A stretch of 64,000 nucleotides of DNA from Thecamonas trahens ATCC 50062. Taxonomy: Eukaryota; Protista; Apusomonadida. Each line of letters begins with the position of its first letter. Position 1 is the first letter of the stretch. Both the position numbers and the translations under genes were made by a program. Positions 21,693 through 32,865 of the stretch are shown in pieces. The stretch lies in NCBI RefSeq assembly GCF_000142905.1, contig NW_013657649.1, forward strand, positions 124,001 through 188,000, read 5' to 3'. The notes below the pieces were generated by a model, which did not search any database, was not told where the DNA came from, and saw nothing but the letters and a program-made list of their open reading frames with translations.

Positions 21693-24407
21693 ATGAGCAG
21701 GAGACGCCGTGTTGACATTGACGAGGTGCTGGAGGTGCAGGAGACGCCGTACAAGGTGCGGAACGTGACGGTGGTGGCCCATGTGGACCACGGCAAGTCG
21801 ACGCTAACCGACTCGCTACTCGCTGGAGCAGGGCTTCTGGCGTCGGCAAAGGCCGGCTCCACCTGCGAAATGGACACCCTTCCAGACGAGAAGGAGCGTG
21901 GTGTGACCATCAAGTCGACGGGCATCACCCTCTGCTACGACGTGCCTGTTCCGGACTTTGTTCCCTCGGCAGGCTCGTTCGACTCGGGCGACGCAGCGAG
22001 CGCAGGCGCAAGCGCGGGCGCTCAGGCGGATGCCACGGTGGCTCCGGGCAATGCCATGCCGTTTGTCATCAACGTCATTGACTCGCCGGGCCACATCGAC
22101 TTTTCGGCCGAGGTTACGGCCTCGCTCCGGCTCACCGATGGCGCCATCGTGGTGGTCGACTGCGTCGAGGGTCCGCGGGTGCAGACTAAGATGGTCCTCC
22201 GCCAGGCGCTGGGCGAGCTGGTCAAGCCAGCAGTGCTCTGCATCAACAAGGTGGATCGGTTCATTCTGGAGAAGAAGTTTGAGCCCGAGGAGGCGTACGA
22301 GCAGTTTGTCAAGGTCATCGGCGACGTTAACGCCATCCTCGACGAGCACGCCGAGTCCCAGGCCGTGGCCGCTGCCGACGGCCACACCGTCCACCAGCTT
22401 CCGGGCCTTGTTCCGTTCAACCCGCGGCTGGGCAACGTGTTCTTTGCGTCAGGCAAGCAGGGCTGGGGCTTCACCCTCGCCGACTTTGCCCAGTTCTATG
22501 CCGCGCGCATCGGCTCGACGGCGGAAAAGTGGATGAAGCGGCTGTGGGGCAACTTTTGGTTCGATCCGGCCAAGGGCGGATTTGTCAAGCAGCCGACAGC
22601 GGCTGACGGCACTGCGCTCGAGCGCGGCTTCTGCCGCTTTGTCCTCCGCCCGATCTGGGAGATGTTCGAGCTGGTCGGAACCGAAGGTGTCACCCGGGCT
22701 CAGCTCGAGCCGGTCCTCGAACGGTACGCGGTCAAGCTGCGAGTCGCCGACTACGACGCGCTCGAGGCCAACGCCAACGCGGCAGTCCTGGAGACCGTGA
22801 TGAAGGCCTGGCTGCCGGCGGGACTCTCACTGGCGACTGCTGTCGTCCTCCACGTCCCATCGCCAGTCGAGGCGCAGCCGTACCGGGTTCCGTACCTGTA
22901 CGAGGGCGATCTGGAGAGCGCCGAGGCCAAGGCCATGATGGCGTGCGATCCCGACGGCCCGCTTGTCATGTACGTCTCCAAGATGGTGCCGAACAAGCGA
23001 TTCGATGCGTTCTTTGCCTTTGGCCGGGTCTTCTCCGGTCGGGCAAGTCCCGGACTCAAGGTCTTTGCCCTCTCGCCCGAGTACTCCAAGGCTGACAGCG
23101 GCGACGGCGCGTCGGCGAGCGGCGCGGCGAGGAGCGAGGCTGGACGGACAACCGCACGCATCACTGCGACGTCGGTGTGGATGGCAGGCTCGACCGAGTC
23201 GGTATCGCGTGGCGTGCCGGCCGGTTCTACAGTCGGTCTCTCGGGCCTCGAGGGCGCGCTGATCAAGACCGGAACGGTCTCGACGTCGGCTGAAGCTGTC
23301 AACATCCGGCCGCTCAAGTTCTCGGTCTCGCCGGTAGTTCGAGTGTCTGTCAAGCCGGCGCGGGCAAGCGACCTCAAGGCGTTTGTGCGTGGGCTCGGGC
23401 GGCTCAACCGGAGCGATCCGAGTCTGGTGGTGTCGACGGACCCAACAACGCGGGAGACCATTATTGCCGGGGTGGGCAACCTTCATCTTGAGATTGCGCT
23501 GTCGGACCTGAGCAAGCTCTACGCCGGTGTGCCGATTGTGGCCGGTGAGCCGATCACCACGTACGCCGAGACGGTGGTGGCGGCCGTCGCCGAGCCGGTT
23601 CTCAAGCGGTCGACAAACAAGCACAACCGAGTCTTTGCCACCGCAACTCCGCTGGAGGCGCCGATCGTGGATGCCATCGACAGCGGCGAGCTCAAGATGG
23701 CCGGCGACGCCAAGGCGCGGAACGCCGCGCTGGTGCGGGCCGGATGGGACAAGGCCGAGGCCAAGGCTGTGCTGGCGTGGGGCGACCCTGCGGCAGACTC
23801 GCGGGCCAACGTGCTCGTTAACGACTCCAAGGGTGTCAACTACATCGCCGAAGCGAGTGACAGCCTGAGCAACGCGTTCGACGCAGTGGTGCGCGCCGGC
23901 CCGCTAGCCGGCGAGCCGATGCGCGGCGTCCGGCTCGGCTTTGCCGATGGCCTCTTCCACGCCGACTCGACTCACCGGTCGGAGCGGCACGTGGGGCCGG
24001 CGGCCATCTCGGCCTTCCGCGGCGCCGTCCTCTCGGCGCAGCCGCGGCTAATGGAGCCGATCTTCGAGGTCACCGTGACCGTGCCCGAGGCCCACGTCGG
24101 CGCCGTCTACTCGGTCCTCGCTGGCAAGCGCGGCGAGGTCTTTGATCAGGCCCGCGACCCGGCGTCAGGCATGCTTGTGGTCAAGGCGCACCTACCGGTC
24201 GGCGAGTCGTTTGACTTTACCCCGCTCCTCCGCGACGCCACCTCGGGCCAGGCCATGAACCAGTCGGCCTTTTCGCACTGGGCGCTCATCGACTCGGACC
24301 CGTACGAGGACGGCACCCTCGCCCACTCCATCGTCACCGCCATCCGCAAGCGCAAGGGCCTTCCGGACGCCATCCCTTTGGCTGCCGATTTTGTCGACAG
24401 GCCCTGA
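21693..24407 (+). CDS. Divergent eukaryotic elongation factor 2 (eEF2) paralogue
   Basis: G1 AHVDHGKSTLTDSL, ERGVTIKST, G3 DSPGHIDFSAEVTASLRLTDGA, G4 NKVD, PLKFSVSPVVRV, PRLMEPIF and eEF2-like C-terminus IRKRKGL. Confidence 0.92.
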   Translation: MSRRRRVDIDEVLEVQETPYKVRNVTVVAHVDHGKSTLTDSLLAGAGLLASAKAGSTCEMDTLPDEKERGVTIKSTGITLCYDVPVPDFVPSAGSFDSGDAASAGASAGAQADATVAPGNAMPFVINVIDSPGHIDFSAEVTASLRLTDGAIVVVDCVEGPRVQTKMVLRQALGELVKPAVLCINKVDRFILEKKFEPEEAYEQFVKVIGDVNAILDEHAESQAVAAADGHTVHQLPGLVPFNPRLGNVFFASGKQGWGFTLADFAQFYAARIGSTAEKWMKRLWGNFWFDPAKGGFVKQPTAADGTALERGFCRFVLRPIWEMFELVGTEGVTRAQLEPVLERYAVKLRVADYDALEANANAAVLETVMKAWLPAGLSLATAVVLHVPSPVEAQPYRVPYLYEGDLESAEAKAMMACDPDGPLVMYVSKMVPNKRFDAFFAFGRVFSGRASPGLKVFALSPEYSKADSGDGASASGAARSEAGRTTARITATSVWMAGSTESVSRGVPAGSTVGLSGLEGALIKTGTVSTSAEAVNIRPLKFSVSPVVRVSVKPARASDLKAFVRGLGRLNRSDPSLVVSTDPTTRETIIAGVGNLHLEIALSDLSKLYAGVPIVAGEPITTYAETVVAAVAEPVLKRSTNKHNRVFATATPLEAPIVDAIDSGELKMAGDAKARNAALVRAGWDKAEAKAVLAWGDPAADSRANVLVNDSKGVNYIAEASDSLSNAFDAVVRAGPLAGEPMRGVRLGFADGLFHADSTHRSERHVGPAAISAFRGAVLSAQPRLMEPIFEVTVTVPEAHVGAVYSVLAGKRGEVFDQARDPASGMLVVKAHLPVGESFDFTPLLRDATSGQAMNQSAFSHWALIDSDPYEDGTLAHSIVTAIRKRKGLPDAIPLAADFVDRP

Positions 24408-24564
24408 TGTCTCGCTGCCGACGCCTCATCGGCGATGGCTGTAGCTATTAGTGGTGCAGCAATGAACGCGACTTGCAACTACGGAGCGGGCCCGCAAGGC
24501 GGAGAGGGGGGGGGGGGGGGGGGGCAAGTGACGGGAAGGGAAAACTCAAGGCTCGCAGTAGCAT

Positions 24565-25203
24565 TCATTGATGCGAGTCGGCGAGAGGCGCAACAGCGTC
24601 GGAGGCGTCTGCCGACGGGGTGGGCGCGCCCGAGGAGGCGGCCGGGCGCGACTTGCCGTAGTACTTGCGATGCGACTTGAAGGCGATGCGGCGGCGGGGC
24701 GGGAGCTCAAAGAGACGGTTCATGTCACGGGTGATAGAGTCGATGACCTCGGACTCGGAGGTGGCGGTCCAGATGACGAGGACTGCCTCGAGCTCCGACT
24801 GGTTGTGGCGGGTGTTTGCGCAGACGCCGTTGATGGCGTCCCACTCCTCAAACTGCCTGCCGAGCATGGCAAAAGCCAAGCGCTCCCAGTATGCGGCAGC
24901 AGCGATCTTGGGCGTGCGGAAGACAAGGCGACCACCATGCTTATTCCGCTCATCCTCCCACATGGGCGGAATGTCGTCCTTGAAAAGGGTCAGGTCGCCA
25001 AGGTGGTCAAACTCGCCAGGCCGTTTGAGAAAGGCGTACAGCTCCCAAAAGTCAGCCAAGTTCGAGAACGAGCCGATGGTCTTAAGCTGGTTCTGGTACG
25101 CATCATTAGTATCAGAAGCTCCGGCCTTGTTCCGTCCCTGTCCTTCCTTTCTCCGGTAGCGGAGGACAAAGCTCATGCCCAGCTCGCCCGACGGGTCATC
25201 CAT
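24565..25203 (-). CDS. eIF4E-family cap-binding protein, class II (4EHP)-like or divergent
   Basis: YQNQLKTIGSFSNLADFWELY, LFKDDIPPMWEDERNKHGGR, YWERLAFAMLG, LVIW, FKSH. Confidence 0.9.
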   Translation of the reverse strand: MDDPSGELGMSFVLRYRRKEGQGRNKAGASDTNDAYQNQLKTIGSFSNLADFWELYAFLKRPGEFDHLGDLTLFKDDIPPMWEDERNKHGGRLVFRTPKIAAAAYWERLAFAMLGRQFEEWDAINGVCANTRHNQSELEAVLVIWTATSESEVIDSITRDMNRLFELPPRRRIAFKSHRKYYGKSRPAASSGAPTPSADASDAVAPLADSHQ

Positions 25204-25384
25204 GGTCGGTGGCTGTGAAGGGGGGGGGGGGGGGGGGGTATGTCGGCATCAGATCGGGGGCGCAGGCTGGAGACATCCACTATTTGTGGTTGCTATGGGG
25301 GTACCATTATTTGTTGAAGGATTAATCATAGTGGAAAGTCGGGCCATGCCCCAGCCCCGCACCCACACAACTCCCCTCATCGAC

Positions 25385-26929
25385 ATGCCAAGTACAGGCC
25401 ACCTCTTCGTCGCTCTCGCCCTGCTACTTGCAGCCATGACCACGACTGCGTCGACGACCGCCTTTCGTGTGGGTGAGGCCGGACCCTTTGGCGGACAGCG
25501 GCAGGTCCGGCCGGCGGTGGCGGAGGAGGCACAGCGCGGTTACCAGACGAGCTACTTTGAGCAGGTGGTGGACCACTTTGAGTTTACCGAGCCGGCATCG
25601 GTGACCTTTAAGCAGCGGTATTTGCACTCGAGTGCGAGCTTTGGCCGCCAGGGCTCACCCATCTTTTTCTACACCGGCAACGAGGACGAGATCACGGCGT
25701 ATGCCGAGGCTGCCGGCGCCGTCTGGGAGGCTGCCGACGCCATGGGCGCCGCAGTGGTCTTTGCCGAGCACAGATACTTTGGCGAGTCGCTGCCGTTTGG
25801 CAAGGCCACCTTTAACCACACTGGCAACCTCCGCTGGCTTACCATCGAGCAGGCGCTCGCCGACTACGCCCTGCTCATCACCGCCCTCAAGGATCCGTCG
25901 TCGCCGCATTACCTCGCTCCGGGCGCCGAGCACGCGCCGGTCATCACCTTTGGTGGTTCGTACGGCGGCATCCTCTCGGCTTTCTTCCGTGCAAAGTACC
26001 CCAACATTGTCGCCGGCGCCATCGCCTCGTCAGCTCCGGTGTGGAGCTTTGTCGACACCGCGCCCGACGGCGGCTTCGGGTTCAACCGATGGACGACCAA
26101 GACGTGGGCAGACCAATGCGAGGGCGTGTTTGACGTCTTCCAGCCGGCATGGGCCGAGATGACCAAGCTAGCGGCCTCGCCCACCGGCCTCGCCCGCCTC
26201 ACCGCCACCTTTTCGCTCTGCAAGCCGCTCGCGTCGGCGGCTCAAGTCGAGAACGCGCTCTTCGCCCGCCTCAGCGCCGCGCTCTCATATCTGGCCATGG
26301 CCGACTACACTTTTGCCACCAGCTTCTTTGCGCCGCTACCGGCGAACCCAATCCGTGCCGCATGCGACATTGTCGGCCGCGCTGACTCGCGCCTCGACGC
26401 GCTTGCAGGTGTCGCCGCTCTCTTCTACAACTACACTGGCGCCGGCGGTGACTGCTTTGACATCAACCAAGGGCAACCGTCGTCAATCCCAGCCGTCGAC
26501 ATCACCGCGTGGACGTACCTCTATTGTACCGAGATCACCCTGGACTTTGGTGGCGCCGACGGGATCCACGACTTTTTCGCGCCGGCCAAGCCCGACATTG
26601 CTGGCATTGCCGCTGCCTGCGCGCAACAGTTCCCGGGCATTGTCTCCCGGCCGTCGTGGATCACCACCCACTTTCTCGGTCGCCCCATCCGTGGCGCCTC
26701 CAACATTGTCTTTGCCAACGGCATGCTTGACCCGTGCTCATCGGGCACGCCGCTCACCAACCAGTCGGCGTCCATCATTGCCCTCAACATTGCCGACGGC
26801 GCTCACCACTCGGACCTCTTTGCCTCTCGCCCGAGCGATCCACCCTCGGTTGTCGCCGCCCGTCTCACCGAACAGCGCTGGATCGCCAAGTGGATCGCCG
26901 AGTGGAACGATGTCACCAACCATCTGTAA
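25385..26929 (+). CDS. Lysosomal Pro-X carboxypeptidase / DPP7-like, peptidase family S28, with signal peptide
   Basis: Hydrophobic N-terminus, FEQVVDHF, PIFFYTGNE, FAEHRYFGESLP, EQALADYA, nucleophile GGSYGG, NGMLDP and GAHHSDL. Confidence 0.93.
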   Translation: MPSTGHLFVALALLLAAMTTTASTTAFRVGEAGPFGGQRQVRPAVAEEAQRGYQTSYFEQVVDHFEFTEPASVTFKQRYLHSSASFGRQGSPIFFYTGNEDEITAYAEAAGAVWEAADAMGAAVVFAEHRYFGESLPFGKATFNHTGNLRWLTIEQALADYALLITALKDPSSPHYLAPGAEHAPVITFGGSYGGILSAFFRAKYPNIVAGAIASSAPVWSFVDTAPDGGFGFNRWTTKTWADQCEGVFDVFQPAWAEMTKLAASPTGLARLTATFSLCKPLASAAQVENALFARLSAALSYLAMADYTFATSFFAPLPANPIRAACDIVGRADSRLDALAGVAALFYNYTGAGGDCFDINQGQPSSIPAVDITAWTYLYCTEITLDFGGADGIHDFFAPAKPDIAGIAAACAQQFPGIVSRPSWITTHFLGRPIRGASNIVFANGMLDPCSSGTPLTNQSASIIALNIADGAHHSDLFASRPSDPPSVVAARLTEQRWIAKWIAEWNDVTNHL

Positions 26930-27670
26930 ACCCCATCAGACCTGATCTGCTGACCGTTTCGGTCTACCATCTGCGGGCACGGTGTGCCAAGCAGTTGACG
27001 GTCTGCAGCGGGTCTCATCGATCTCCATGAAACCTTCAATCCGTACTGATCGCTGTGTACACCCTGCGATCTCGACAGTTTCACAACCTGCCACAATCTG
27101 CCGTCTAGTACCTGCGATCACGATCGGCCCGCAGTCGCCATCAACCCGTAGACCCGACCGATCTACGCACTCCCCTCCCGTCACCACCCACACACTCCTG
27201 GTTGCCGGCCGAACGGTCGCACCGCTGGCTCGACGGATTGAGAGAGATTTCCTCGCATTTACTGTGCTGACCATCGTTACCAGCACATCGTGCCGATTGG
27301 CACGGTGAACCGCGTGTACGTGAGAGCGCCGTTCGATGGCTCGCGTACACACGATATTAAGGTGAGAATTGGTCGCCCAGAGGGCGCGCGTTGTCGTCGT
27401 CGTCGCGCATCGTCATCAGAAAGGGTGGGCAGGTGGGTTCCCGCTCCATCGGAGCCGACTCTGTCGACGCCATCGGAGCTCTTAGCGAAGTACGGTGTCA
27501 GCCGCTTCGCGTCGCTCAGCAGGCCGCGAGTGTTGGCGACTCGCAGCAGTCGCGGCATCGCTTCCCCTTTCCCCGCTTGATCACACCCCCTCCCCACCCA
27601 GCATCCCACACCCCCACCCCGCTCCATCTGTACACACGCCCTCCCCCCGCCACCCCGCCTCGGGTTGAGC

Positions 27671-30600
27671 ATGGCACACTTTAATCCCTTGACATGGACC
27701 GAGGAAGTAGGAACCCATCACAGCTTGCCCTGCCTCCCCGAGACCGCCGGGGAGGAGGAGGCGGCTCGAGGTGACCTCGTCAACACACTCATCGCTCAGA
27801 TCCGCGCCGCTGACGACTCGGCCAGCAGCTACAATCAATACGATGCGTTAGGATATATGGCTTTCACAAAGCGGTCGAAAAGCAACACGCTACTCTCTGC
27901 CTTGCGCAAAGTGCATGAGTACTACGTTCATCTGCACTGTGCTCTGTCCCAGATTGACCTCATCAGTCCCCAGACCTTTGCCCTCTGCTCGATCATTGTC
28001 TCGTATCTGCTCAGATACATCGCCAGCAGCCAACCGGACTCGTCCACCCTTGCCTCCTTTGTCGAGAGCGTCATCGTCGATGTCGACTGGCTCGCCAGCA
28101 AGGTCATGGCCCATCAAACCGGTGACCGTGTCAAGCTGGACGGCATCGCAGCTTGGATCACCTGCCATGCCGACCTCCTTCGAATCTACTCAGCCGCTGA
28201 CAGCGAGGCCGCAGTCGCTGCCTGTATCAAGCTCTCGTCGTCTTGTGTCAGCGCATCGATTGCCCTCCCGCAAGACCTTCCTTTGTCCATTTTGAAGCTC
28301 GTGGCCGTTGCGTGGCCACAACACTGTTCCAGGAGTCATCGTCTCGAACACGCGCTCCATGAGGCTCACGTCCACTCGACCGACAATGCCTTTATTGCGG
28401 GGGTGATCGCCCAGCAGAGCTCGTACAAGGGCTTGGTGGGTGTGGTCAACTGGGCAGATCTGGTGACCTTTGCGTTGAAAGCGTTGCCAGCCAGCGAAAC
28501 CACTCAGCTCGCAAGTCTCAACATGCCAAGCCCAGTCGACAGCCGCAACCTGGACCACATCCTTCGGGACCATATCCCAGATCTACTCCGCAGCGGCTTG
28601 CTTTTGCTCGCTCAGATAGAGTATGGCGCCGTCCTGGTACGGATCATGCGCAATGTTGCGGCTGGCAACGGCCTCCAGTCTCCCAACGGCTGGGCCCCGC
28701 TTGGTCTCAGTAGGGTTTGGCCTGGTGAGGCCGCCGAGTTACACATTGGCCCGCTCTGCCTCGACACCGACGTTGGCCCTGTTGTCCGACGTATGCGAGA
28801 GGTCACCAATACGTTGATTGGCTCGCTGGCTCTCTCGTCACCTTCGATCACGCTTGTTCTCCGCACGTACTGGGCCGCCATCGTCAACTCGCTTAGTCCA
28901 TGCAACGAACAGCGCGCCGCATCCAATTCAGACCGCGCTGGCGCCTCGGCCGCAGTTGTTGTCAAGCGCCCATGCCGCGAGTGCACCGCCTCGCTCCCGC
29001 AGGATGCCTTTGCTCCTCACGAGTGGAACCGATCGAGTGGCGAGCCGACCAGGGTGTGCATCAAGTGTGCCGCAGCGGGTTCGGCTCAGGAGCCGAACCC
29101 GCCCAAGGTCTGTGCCATGTGCGGCGTCACAGACCGTGCTGCCTTTGCCATCAACATGTGGCGAACTTTGCCTGGGCCAGACTTTCTCTGCATCAACTGC
29201 TCGATGGCTCACAACTCCAACGCAGCAGCACGCGCTAGTAGCTCGACCGAGTCAAGCGCACAAGTCAAGGCCTCCGCGAGCAACGACGGCATGGTCACAA
29301 TCGCTGCAAAGATGATTAGATGGGCATGTTGCGTCTGCCGGACCATCGACGTGGCTCAGTTTTCCAACCAGCAGATTGGCAAGATCAGCGCGAGCGCGCG
29401 GCGGTGCAAAAGTGCGTCGCTGCCAATGCCCCCATTCCACTGCCATCGTGTGCGGTGTGTGGCGTGATCGGCACAAAGCACTTTTCGGCGCTCGCCCTCG
29501 CTTCCACTGCCGTCGTCAGACTCTGTTGCAACGAGTGCACCAAAGCCAAGCGCCCAGTGCCGCCTGTCACTGCCGCTGCTGATCTTGTCGCCGCCTTGAC
29601 CAAGGCTCCAGTCTGTACCGTGTGTGGTACTCGATCGAGAGACGCTTTTTCGTTACAACAGTGGCACACGGTTCCGCCAAATCGTTGCAGGTGCAAGAAG
29701 TGCATCGCCGGCCAGCAGGCATCGCCGTCCAGCCCAGCGGCACCGCCGCGCCCACAGGGCGAGCCTAGCTCGTCAGCGGCGGTCGAACCCTCGCCGGCGG
29801 TGTGCATCAGGTGTGGCACGACAGACCGGGCGGCGCTGCCGTCGCCGACCATGCAGGAGCGGATCCCGTCGTCCCAGCTCATGTGCGAGGCCTGCTTCCA
29901 CAAGCCGCCAGCCACCTGCTCGCAGTGCGGTGGGACCGACTCTGTCAAGCTGGCCGCCTCATCTCCAGAAGTGTTGCTCTGTTCCGCATGCACAGCTGCC
30001 CCCAAGCCGCAGCCCAAGAGCAAGGCGATCTGCATCGCCTGTGGCGAAACCAACCAAAACAAGTTCTCGGGCACGCAGCTGAAAAAGACGGCCGCATCCA
30101 AGCGCCGCTGCACGCCATGCATTGACGCCAAGCGGACTGCACCCGCCCCGCCACCCGCCGCACCGCCACAGGTCGTTGCAAGTGGGATCTACTGCAGCGT
30201 GTGCGGAACAAGCGAGTCGAGCGCCATGCCGCCCAACGTGAGCGCGATTGCGCCCTTCCTCCGGCGGTGCAACCCGTGCTTTGCCGCTCTCAAGGGTTTT
30301 GGCCCGCCGCCGCCTGCTGTTTTACCATGCCTTACTTGTGGTACCACCGCCTTTGCCGACTTTTCGTCCAAGACCTTTAAGCGCAAGCCGGAAGTGCGAC
30401 GGTGCAAAGCATGCACCGCTGCTAAGCGCATGATCGAGCCCACAAAAGCTGTCGGCACCAAGGCCGCTGCCGTGTCGTGCAGCATCTGTGGCGTGTCATA
30501 CCGCTGGGCGTTTTCTACTAATCAGTGGCAGAAGCCACCACAGGTGCCGCGCCGCTGCAAGAAATGCATCGCCAATGCCAAGGCCACGCCTGTGCCGCCC

Positions 30601-31158
30601 ACGAAGGCCGCTGCCGTGTCGTGCAGCATTTGTGGCGTGTCATACCGCTGGGCGTTTTCTACTAATCAGTGGCAGAAGCCACCGCAGGTGCCGCGCCGCT
30701 GCAAGAAATGCATCGCCAATGCCGAGGCCATGCCCGCTCCGGCCGCATCTGCTCCAACCACACCCGCTCCGGCCGCACCTGCTCCGGCCGCACCCGCTCC
30801 GGCCGCACCCGCTCCGGCTGCACCCACTCCAACCACCCCAGCTCCGGCCGCACCTGCTCCGACCGCACCCACTCCAACCACACCCGATCCGGCCGCACCC
30901 ACTCCGGCCACCCCAGCTCCGGCCGCACTCGTCCCAACCACACCCGCTCCGGCTCCACTCGCCCCAACCACCCCCGATCCGGCCGCACCTGATCCGGCCG
31001 CACCTACTCCAACCGTCAAATGCGTGTCGTGCGGTACCTCGAAACGGACCATGTTCGCGCCCGAGGAGCTGCATCCGCACAATCAACACTCGCGATGCCG
31101 GTTGACCCGCGATGCCGCCGCCGCCGCCGTCACTGCCATCCTGGCTGCATTGCAATAG
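27671..31158 (+). CDS. Protein with an unknown N-terminal domain, about 13 C4 zinc fingers (Stc1-like CxxC..FS..QW..RRCxxC) and a Pro/Ala/Thr repeat; frameshift at about 29410
   Basis: ORFs 27665-29467 and 29320-31158 join as SARRCK|KCVAAN, restoring the RRCKKC finger end seen in other repeats. Confidence 0.8.
30460..30730 (+). repeat. Near-identical 144-bp tandem duplication of one zinc finger
   Basis: aaggccgctgccgtgtcgtgcagcat... starts at 30460 and again at 30604. Confidence 0.93.
30733..31013 (+). repeat. 15-bp coding minisatellite (PAAPA/PTTPA)
   Basis: Repeated ccggccgcacc(c/t)gct and ccaaccacaccc units. Confidence 0.9.
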
Positions 31159-31168
31159 TGTTTGATGT

Positions 31169-32221
31169 TCATCCGCCTCCGTACAGCAGCGCTAGGGTCG
31201 CATTGCAGGCACCCGTGGTGACAGCAGCTGTATACGGGGCGGCAATCGGCATGAGCAGCTCCCAGGCGGCTTTGAATGGCATGGACACTAGCGAGTGTGT
31301 CGTGGTGAGGGCAGCAAAGCCCAGCGAGGCGGCGGCGGCGATGCCGCCTAGGATCATGGTCTCGAACGCGTATAGCCAGCCCAGGACCCACACAACCTGC
31401 GCTGGGCCCGGATACTGCGCGAGCCAATCGATCATGGCCGCAGCAGCGTGTGAGGAGGCCACGTTGGCGCCCAAAATGTAGTCGATGATCGAGCCGATGA
31501 CAAAGAGCTTGAGCCAAGCAAACTTGCCAGTGACCAGCCATCGTCCGAAGCAAAAATGTGAGCCGTGATAGCGCTTGGGTGCCTTGGCCGAATAGTACAT
31601 GCACTGCCAGCACCAGTGGGTCCCACACGATGTACACGTCATGTGACTGCAGCCGCCGTTCTTGATGACGGGCACAGAGCAGCGTGGACATGGCGTGGTG
31701 AACACCATCTTGTACACCTCCGAGAGCGACGACATCGACTGAAGCGCCGAGAACGGCAGAAGGATCCAGGCCACCAGCCGGCCGACAAGACTCAGCTGCC
31801 ACTCCCGCGCCACCTGCTCGGCATCAGCCGCCGTCCGCCACCGAGCCAGTCGCTCGCGATATGTGTTCGAGAGCACCCGCATCGCATGAGAATCGGGCAC
31901 TGCCCGCGAGCACATCGGGCACATCAGCTCGCTTGCAATGCCTAGCCGATCCATGTGGCTCTCCAACGAGCGGCGCCTGCACTCACTGCACATGGCACAC
32001 TCGCATCCCACCATCTTTGTCAGCGGCTTTGTATCCATGCAGATGCTACACATGCCAGCCTTTGGTACTTGATTCCGACGCTTCACCTCCCGTGACATGC
32101 TCTGCTTCTTCTTCCGCGCCCTTTGCTCAGCCGCCGCTGCTGCCTGCGCCGCCATCTTTCGCCGCCGACTTGCCTTGGCCACCCGCCGCTGCTTTGCCTC
32201 CTGCGTGCTCCTACCTGCCAT
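31169..32221 (-). CDS. RBR-like E3 ubiquitin ligase (RING1 + RING2/Rcat, no IBR) with C-terminal hydrophobic segments
   Basis: CSICMD...CECAMCSEC...CPMC, then [31 protein letters not shown] (catalytic Cys in GGCSHM), then predicted TM helices. Confidence 0.82.
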   Translation of the reverse strand: MAGRSTQEAKQRRVAKASRRRKMAAQAAAAAEQRARKKKQSMSREVKRRNQVPKAGMCSICMDTKPLTKMVGCECAMCSECRRRSLESHMDRLGIASELMCPMCSRAVPDSHAMRVLSNTYRERLARWRTAADAEQVAREWQLSLVGRLVAWILLPFSALQSMSSLSEVYKMVFTTPCPRCSVPVIKNGGCSHMTCTSCGTHWCWQCMYYSAKAPKRYHGSHFCFGRWLVTGKFAWLKLFVIGSIIDYILGANVASSHAAAAMIDWLAQYPGPAQVVWVLGWLYAFETMILGGIAAAASLGFAALTTTHSLVSMPFKAAWELLMPIAAPYTAAVTTGACNATLALLYGGG

Positions 32222-32865
32222 GCGATGCGCGTAAACTCCTTCGGCTGATCCAGGAGACCTTGTCCGCGCGAGCAATCGGTCGAGGACGAGAAAAGGCAAG
32301 CGGTTTTACGCCGCCAGCTGCAAAAGAAAGAATCATCCTTCCTTTTTTTTAGCCCTCACTGTTGACGTGGAAGCAACCATCAAGGCCGACACCAGTCACG
32401 TGGCAGACACACAAGACATCACCTCCACCTCGCCCACTCCCATCCCACCCCGTTCCATCCGATCGTGATAGCATGCTGTCTGTGCGAGGGCTTGGCACCA
32501 CTGGCTTGGACGACGTGTGGTATCGGCTCCCATCATACTGTTTCACAGGCCGTCGGAGCCATGGCAGAGGCAACAACAAAGCCAAGCACTGGATCAACCA
32601 GCAGGATACCACTCTTTGTGTAGAGCAGCATAGGGCCTTGCAGCGAATTGCATCCGACACATCCAACCTGTATCATCGCCGACAGGCCCTGATCTTTCCC
32701 GATCACACCTATGGGAACGGCAGCAGCCGTTGGCACTATTTTTCGTCAGCCAAGGATGAGCCCTCCCGCTGCCGCCGGATCCCGCACCATGCTGCACTGC
32801 ACACACTGCCTATACACCGCCATCATCTCTCTCCCTCCCTCCCTTCCTCCCTCTCACTGCCTGCC

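Noticed and set aside
26930-27670. Short ORFs in the 740-bp intergenic region
   Set aside because: No coding-like composition or recognisable motifs.
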